In this document: positions 27,248 to 31,986 of the stretch, in pieces
Layout of the letters: each line of letters opens with the position of its first letter
Position numbering within the stretch: the first letter of the stretch is position 1
DNA from: Bacteroidia bacterium
Lineage (GTDB): Bacteria; Bacteroidota; Bacteroidia; Bacteroidales; VadinHA17
Direction: 5' to 3'
Length of the DNA: 31,986 nucleotides
Assembly: GCA_026391215.1 (NCBI GenBank)
Contig: JAPLDX010000050.1
Span: 1-31,986 of the forward strand
Program-made: the position numbers and the translations under genes
Notes under the pieces: generated by a model
What the model was told of the DNA's origin: nothing
What the model saw: only the letters and a program-made list of their open reading frames with translations
Database searches by the model: none

Positions 27248-28972
27248 TTAATGACTTCCTCCCGCAGGTACCAGCAATTTCTTTCCTGTGTCCTGAATTA
27301 CCGATTTCTTCCATGCATCATTGTAACCAGGCTGATCCGGATATGCAGGATAACCTTCAGGGCTTCTTTCAAATTTGCCGTCCTTTTCCTTCTTTATATT
27401 GCCGTCCATATATTTTACCAGCAGATATTCGCTTAATGATTTCCAATGATCAAAGGTATTCTGAGCAGTTTTCACTGAATAGTCCGTCAGGTAATCGCGT
27501 GCTTTCCAGACATCATTTTCATACAGTTTTTTAGCAGCCTCATCAACGGCAGCAGTCTCATCAATATATTTCACTTCAAGCTCTTTCTGTATATTCAAAG
27601 CATCTGCACTCATCAGATCATAACGTGAATAACAGAAGTTCGCAACCTGGTTGAACACCCAGAAACCAGATGTTGGAGAATATGTAAGCAGGTCTCCGTT
27701 CCCGACTTTAAAACAATCAGGAACTTCAGTGATGCCGCAATATATTGGATTAAATACTGTTGTAGCGGCGTCATCAACTCCGAACCAGAATATTCCGCCG
27801 ATCGGATCAGGAAGCCAGTTGCGGGATTCAGCAACAAATACGAAGCCTGTCTGTTGTGAAGATGTAGCTCTCTCATTACAATATGAATTTTCATCCCCGG
27901 TGACTTTCCATGTAAGCGGGCGCCAGCGGTAAGGTGAACCGAATGATCCGGCTCCGATGTCCTTTCTCATATCGAATTCCGTTCCTTCAAGATGATCGCG
28001 CATGAAATTCATCATATCATAGTTTGATATCTTGCGGTTCGGTTTAACCCACAGGGGCATGCGCTTGCTGAGATCGTGACCTGAAACGTAGTTAATGTAC
28101 TGATCCATTTCATCATTTACAGACCTGAAGAATGACCATACCCGGATCTCACAGAACCTGGCTCCCTCGAAGGTTAAGGGATTATATGTATCTGAGAAGC
28201 TGAAATTCAGGTCAGTCCCGGTATATAATTTCTTTGCCCTTGCAACATCAATCACATCATAAGCATAGACACATTCAACCATAGGATCATTAATCCGGCT
28301 CAGATCCTTTGAGGTGATGGCAATACTGTTTTTCTTGCCTGTTGCAAGCGGAAAAGTTGTTATCCTTGCCTGGTTGGCATGAGCGCATATATAACCGTCA
28401 GGGATCAGGCGGGCAACCCAGACAGCACCTTTATTACCCGGACCTTTGCCTACGATCTCAAAGATCCATGCCTCATTCTTATCAGCTATTGAAAACGATT
28501 CTCCTGAGCTTCCATAGCCATATTCGGAAACCAGGTCAGACATAACCTTTATTGCTTCCCTGGCCGTCTTAGCTCTTTGAAGGGAAATGTAAATAAGGCT
28601 TCCATAATCAACGATCCCTTCAGGATTGACCATTTCCGCTACACCTCCATAAGTTGTTTCTCCTATGGCAAGCTGATGTTCATTCATGTTACCGACTACA
28701 GAATATGTGTGAGCAACCTGTTTGATCCTTCCCTTGAATTTCTGAGTATCCCATTCATAAACATCCATCATGCTTCCTACAGGATAATCTCTCCCCGGCC
28801 AGTAATAGAGTTCTCCGTAAAGTACATGAGAATCAGCGGAATAGGTTATCATAACTGATCCAGTCTTTGATGCTCCTTTTGTCACCAGAAAATTGGTGCA
28901 TGCTTCAGCAGTCTGATCAGTAAGCAGACCTGCCATTATAATCGTCAATACGATTCCTGTAATTTTTTTCAT
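27248..28972 (-). CDS. Exported C69-family dipeptidase (Ntn hydrolase)
   Basis: Signal peptide ending AEA|CTN (N-terminal nucleophile Cys), YSADSH, GNMNEHQLAIGETT, LQRAKTAREAI, HANQARI. Confidence 0.92.
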   Translation of the reverse strand: MKKITGIVLTIIMAGLLTDQTAEACTNFLVTKGASKTGSVMITYSADSHVLYGELYYWPGRDYPVGSMMDVYEWDTQKFKGRIKQVAHTYSVVGNMNEHQLAIGETTYGGVAEMVNPEGIVDYGSLIYISLQRAKTAREAIKVMSDLVSEYGYGSSGESFSIADKNEAWIFEIVGKGPGNKGAVWVARLIPDGYICAHANQARITTFPLATGKKNSIAITSKDLSRINDPMVECVYAYDVIDVARAKKLYTGTDLNFSFSDTYNPLTFEGARFCEIRVWSFFRSVNDEMDQYINYVSGHDLSKRMPLWVKPNRKISNYDMMNFMRDHLEGTEFDMRKDIGAGSFGSPYRWRPLTWKVTGDENSYCNERATSSQQTGFVFVAESRNWLPDPIGGIFWFGVDDAATTVFNPIYCGITEVPDCFKVGNGDLLTYSPTSGFWVFNQVANFCYSRYDLMSADALNIQKELEVKYIDETAAVDEAAKKLYENDVWKARDYLTDYSVKTAQNTFDHWKSLSEYLLVKYMDGNIKKEKDGKFERSPEGYPAYPDQPGYNDAWKKSVIQDTGKKLLVPAGGSH

Positions 28973-29023
28973 AAGTACTAATCGTGAATAAAAGGGTTAT
29001 ACTAAAAAATGTAGTGAATCCTG

Positions 29024-29031
29024 CAAAGGTA
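29024..29031 (-). promoter_or_regulatory. -7 box (TACCTTTG) for the C69 peptidase
   Basis: Exact consensus about 50 bp upstream of the ATG. Confidence 0.55.
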
Positions 29032-29059
29032 ACAAGTCAGATAAAATTTCAAAGGCAGG

Positions 29060-29806
29060 TCAGATCATTTTAAGAATTTTTATGATATTTTTTATTTTCT
29101 GAGGGTCGGTGGTTTTTCTTGAAAACTCAGAGATACCGGTAACTCCTCCCATATTAATCCCCTCTCTCCTGAAAGTCATTTCACTATCGGTAATGCTTCT
29201 TCCCGAAAGATGATATTCATTTGCTCCTGTGATTGTAGCCAGCTCTGCTATATTTGATTCGTTGAGTCCGCTTCCAGGCATTATTATTATCCTGGATCCT
29301 GCTTCCAGTATCAGCTTGCTGATAAGTTCTGCTCCTTCCTTTGCTGTATTTTTCTGACCAGATGTGAGCAGCCTTGAGGCTCCCGATGATATTATGTCCT
29401 GAAGTCCCCGGAAAGGATCTGAACACATATCAAATGCCCGGTGGAAGGTAACTGTCATCGGGTATGCAAGCTCAATCAGCTTTGCTGTGCGGTCAACATC
29501 AATTTCTCCGTCATGCTGCAGAATTCCTATAACAATCCCGTTTACCCCGCACTCACCGCAAACCTCGATATCCTGCCTCATTATATCATATTCGGAGTCA
29601 TTGTAAAGGAAGTCACCGCCTCTGGGCCTTATAATAACATTAAGATCTATTGTCAGATTGTTTCTTACCGCAGAGATCATCCCATACGAAGGAGTTGTTC
29701 CTCCCTCAAACAGGTTATCGCATAACTCAATCCGGTCAGCTCCTCCAATCTGCGCATTAACCGCTGATTCAACACTGTCAGCACATATTTCCAGTTTGAA
29801 ATTCAT
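29060..29806 (-). CDS. cutC: Copper homeostasis protein CutC (TIM barrel)
   Basis: LEICADS, GGADRIELC, GGTTPSYG, IRPRGGDFLY, TFHRAFD, LTSGQ. Confidence 0.95.
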   Translation of the reverse strand: MNFKLEICADSVESAVNAQIGGADRIELCDNLFEGGTTPSYGMISAVRNNLTIDLNVIIRPRGGDFLYNDSEYDIMRQDIEVCGECGVNGIVIGILQHDGEIDVDRTAKLIELAYPMTVTFHRAFDMCSDPFRGLQDIISSGASRLLTSGQKNTAKEGAELISKLILEAGSRIIIMPGSGLNESNIAELATITGANEYHLSGRSITDSEMTFRREGINMGGVTGISEFSRKTTDPQKIKNIIKILKMI

Positions 29807-29878
29807 GCCCTGCTTTTTTTAGGTTTTAATAAAAGTAACATTTTTTTCCTTATAATTGCACTGAATAAATCTTAAAAT

Positions 29879-30778
29879 ATGAAACCAACACTTTTAGTAC
29901 TGGCAGCAGGCATGGGAAGCCGTTATGGCGGCAATAAGCAGCTTGATGAAGTCGGCCCGTCGGGCGAAACAATAATTGATTATTCAATTTATGATGCAAT
30001 CAGGGCAGGATTTGGAAAAATAGTATTTGTAATACGACGCGATATTGAAGAGCAGGTCAAAGAAAGATTTGTGGAAAAGCTGAAAGGGAAGATCATTGTA
30101 GATTATGTTTTTCAGGAGATAACCAACCTGCCTGAAGGAGTAATAGTCTCTCCTGAGAGGCAGAAGCCATGGGGGACAAGCCATGCCATCCTGGTAACAA
30201 AGGATAAGATTAAGGAACCTTTTGGAGTAATAAATGCTGATGATTATTATGGTGTGGAATCGTTTAAAATACTTCATGATTTCCTTGTAAATGATAAAGA
30301 TCAGAATTGTTATTGCATTGTCGGGTATAAGCTTGGAAATACTCTTTCTGATCATGGTAATGTCAACCGCGGTGTATGCAAGGTGGGATCGGACGGATTA
30401 CTTCAGAACATTGCCGAAGTAAGGCAGATAGAAAAAACTCATGACGGAGCAAAAGCACCTGGATCAGATGGTAAAGACATACATTTTGATGGTAATGAAA
30501 TAGTTTCAATGAACCTGTTCGGATTCAAACCTGGATGTTACGATTTTCTTGGAAAAGAATTCAGAAACTTCATTAACAAGAATGGCATGGATTTGAAATC
30601 GGAGCTGGATATACCGACTTCGCTCGATATATTCGTGAAGAATGGGAATATAACAATTAAAATACTTCAGACTAATGAGAGATGGTTTGGTGTTACCTAC
30701 CGTGAGGATAAGCCCTTTGTCGTCGAGAGCATCAGGAAAATGATAAGGAAGGGAGTCTATCCGGCAAGGATTTATTAA
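29879..30778 (+). CDS. Sugar-phosphate nucleotidyltransferase (NTP_transferase family)
   Basis: LAAGMGSRYGG.KQ, IDYSIYDA, KPWGT, VINADDYYG, VSMNL, WFGVTYRED. Confidence 0.9.
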   Translation: MKPTLLVLAAGMGSRYGGNKQLDEVGPSGETIIDYSIYDAIRAGFGKIVFVIRRDIEEQVKERFVEKLKGKIIVDYVFQEITNLPEGVIVSPERQKPWGTSHAILVTKDKIKEPFGVINADDYYGVESFKILHDFLVNDKDQNCYCIVGYKLGNTLSDHGNVNRGVCKVGSDGLLQNIAEVRQIEKTHDGAKAPGSDGKDIHFDGNEIVSMNLFGFKPGCYDFLGKEFRNFINKNGMDLKSELDIPTSLDIFVKNGNITIKILQTNERWFGVTYREDKPFVVESIRKMIRKGVYPARIY

Positions 30779-30784
30779 TTACCA

Positions 30785-30961
30785 CATGTACCCACCCCCT
30801 TTGTCCCCCTCCCTGCTTTGCAAGGAGGGGGAATCTATTGATATACAGGAATATAGCCCCCTGCCTTGCGAAGCAGAGGGCTGAGCGTGAAGAAATAGCC
30901 CGGTGGGCTATTTTAGTGAAGAGCCGGTTTGCAGCGAAGGGGGTGGGGGGATGGGTACGTG
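30785..30961. repeat. REP/MITE-like composite element, copy B (177 bp, with nested insertion)
   Basis: Termini CATGTACCC / GGGTACGTG; collinear with copy A except for 58 extra bp at 30877..30934. Confidence 0.85.
30877..30934. mobile_element. Putative miniature hairpin insertion nested in copy B
   Basis: Absent from copy A; GCAG at 30873..30876 and at 30931..30934; internal 9-bp stem AAATAGCCC-GGT-GGGCTATTT. Confidence 0.55.
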
Positions 30962-30988
30962 GAATTTAGAGGCGGGGCGGGGGTATTA

Positions 30989-31984
30989 CTACCACGTAAA
31001 ATCACAATTGTAAAAGCTCGTATTATCCACGTTATCTGATACTTTCAGGGTCAGATTATGTTTTGTCCCTTTGGCAATACGTTTTGGATCAAACCTGTAA
31101 ATAAGGACGTTATTCTTCTGGTCATACTCAAACAATGCCCAGTTACCGTCAATGGTCGGCTCATAGGATTTAATCCCTGCCAGCTCATCAAAAATCCTGA
31201 TTCTTATTTCTCTTTTATCAGTCAGGTCAATGCCTGAAGAGAGTCCGTTTGGAGCAATCATCGGGGCAACAGTATCAATTCCAACATAGAACATTCCGAA
31301 TGATAAAGCCTGTGCGGTTACATACCCGTCAGTAATGCTGCTGCTTAGTGCACTTTTCTTAAAATCATCATTCATCTGTACAATTAGCATTTTTGATTCT
31401 TTCCCAACAGGGATTGAATAAGGCTTAATTGCAAGTGTATAAGCTTTATGCACAGGAGTGAACTTATTATGGATATAATGTACTTCCGATAACATCTCCT
31501 GCGGACCTTTTTCCTTTTTATATTCAAAGTATAATGTATCATACAGGGCTCCTGTGGGAATTGCAATTGAAATGTTTTCAGCGGTAAATGTGTTGGCACT
31601 GTTATATGGCATTAGGTTCAGATCAGTTGCAGCTGATCCAGGTTTATCATGCGATAGTGGCTGCTGGCCCTGCACGTCAAATGTCAGCACAGCCCTGTTA
31701 TTGTGAATGTCAGCCACCTCAATTTCAATATGATAGGTTTTATCTTCATTGAAATTGAAAATTCCCCTGTTCACAACATTCTCATAAACACTCAATTTGT
31801 CATTTGGCAGGAGAAAAGTTCTTTCAAAATATGTTCTTTCCTTCTGATATGCCTCGTAATCAATATGACTGTTAATATACCTGGATTCATTAAAAGAAAA
31901 ATCATCCATCACATATCTGAATAATGTACTGCTGTCAATCTTAAGTTCAATTGAATAAACTGAACATTTGCTATAGCTGTCGTT
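30989..31984 (-). CDS. C-terminal part of a probable M23-family metallopeptidase, 5'-truncated
   Basis: Frame is open to the window edge (NDSYSKCSVYSIELKID...). YINSHIDY, DTVAP, GIKSY..TIDGNWALFEYD, VSDNVDN are recalled from large Bacteroidota M23 proteins; the catalytic domain is outside the window. Confidence 0.7.
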   Translation of the reverse strand, partial: NDSYSKCSVYSIELKIDSSTLFRYVMDDFSFNESRYINSHIDYEAYQKERTYFERTFLLPNDKLSVYENVVNRGIFNFNEDKTYHIEIEVADIHNNRAVLTFDVQGQQPLSHDKPGSAATDLNLMPYNSANTFTAENISIAIPTGALYDTLYFEYKKEKGPQEMLSEVHYIHNKFTPVHKAYTLAIKPYSIPVGKESKMLIVQMNDDFKKSALSSSITDGYVTAQALSFGMFYVGIDTVAPMIAPNGLSSGIDLTDKREIRIRIFDELAGIKSYEPTIDGNWALFEYDQKNNVLIYRFDPKRIAKGTKHNLTLKVSDNVDNTSFYNCDFTW

Positions 31985-31986
31985 AA

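Noticed and set aside
29060-29806. CutC as choline TMA-lyase
   Set aside because: Name clash only; this is the 248-aa TIM-barrel copper-homeostasis family, not the large glycyl-radical enzyme.
174-31924. Remaining short overlapping ORFs in the six-frame track
   Set aside because: Nearly all lie within or antisense to well-supported genes and show no recognisable motifs.

Overview
About 32 kb of gene-dense chromosome from a Bacteroidota organism, most likely Bacteroidales. This placement is inferred from TAnnTTTG -7 promoter boxes, signal peptides followed by Gln, and lineage-typical families (DUF4831, SIS-only arabinose-5-P isomerase, C69 peptidase, head-GIN). I call 26 CDS (nnr and an M23-type gene are cut by the window edges) and one tRNA-Arg(ACG). 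The blocks are: nnr-DUF4831; a thioredoxin-like protein; an MFSD1-like MFS; a cupin; a pit-DUF47-pit operon; pepD; a three-gene biotin-dependent acyl-CoA carboxylase; and a co-directional cluster of SIS isomerase, FucP/NagP-type permease, NahK-like kinase, vasohibin-like protein and FLVCR-like MFS. These are followed by an MFS, glycosyltransferase, NimA-like flavoprotein, CBM9-like protein, head-GIN protein, AsmA, rplS, C69 dipeptidase, cutC and a nucleotidyltransferase. No transposase, integrase, phage gene, CRISPR array or recognisable defence system is visible. The most notable items are: (1) a protein with a vasohibin-type Cys-His-Ser triad inside an amino-sugar salvage operon; (2) two copies of a ~120-bp G/C-tract REP/MITE-like element, one carrying a nested 58-bp insertion bounded by GCAG; (3) unrelated 7-9-bp tandem microarrays placed right after stop codons; (4) a tRNA with a compensatory A19-U56 elbow pair. 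All family assignments come from motif recognition by eye, not from database searches.
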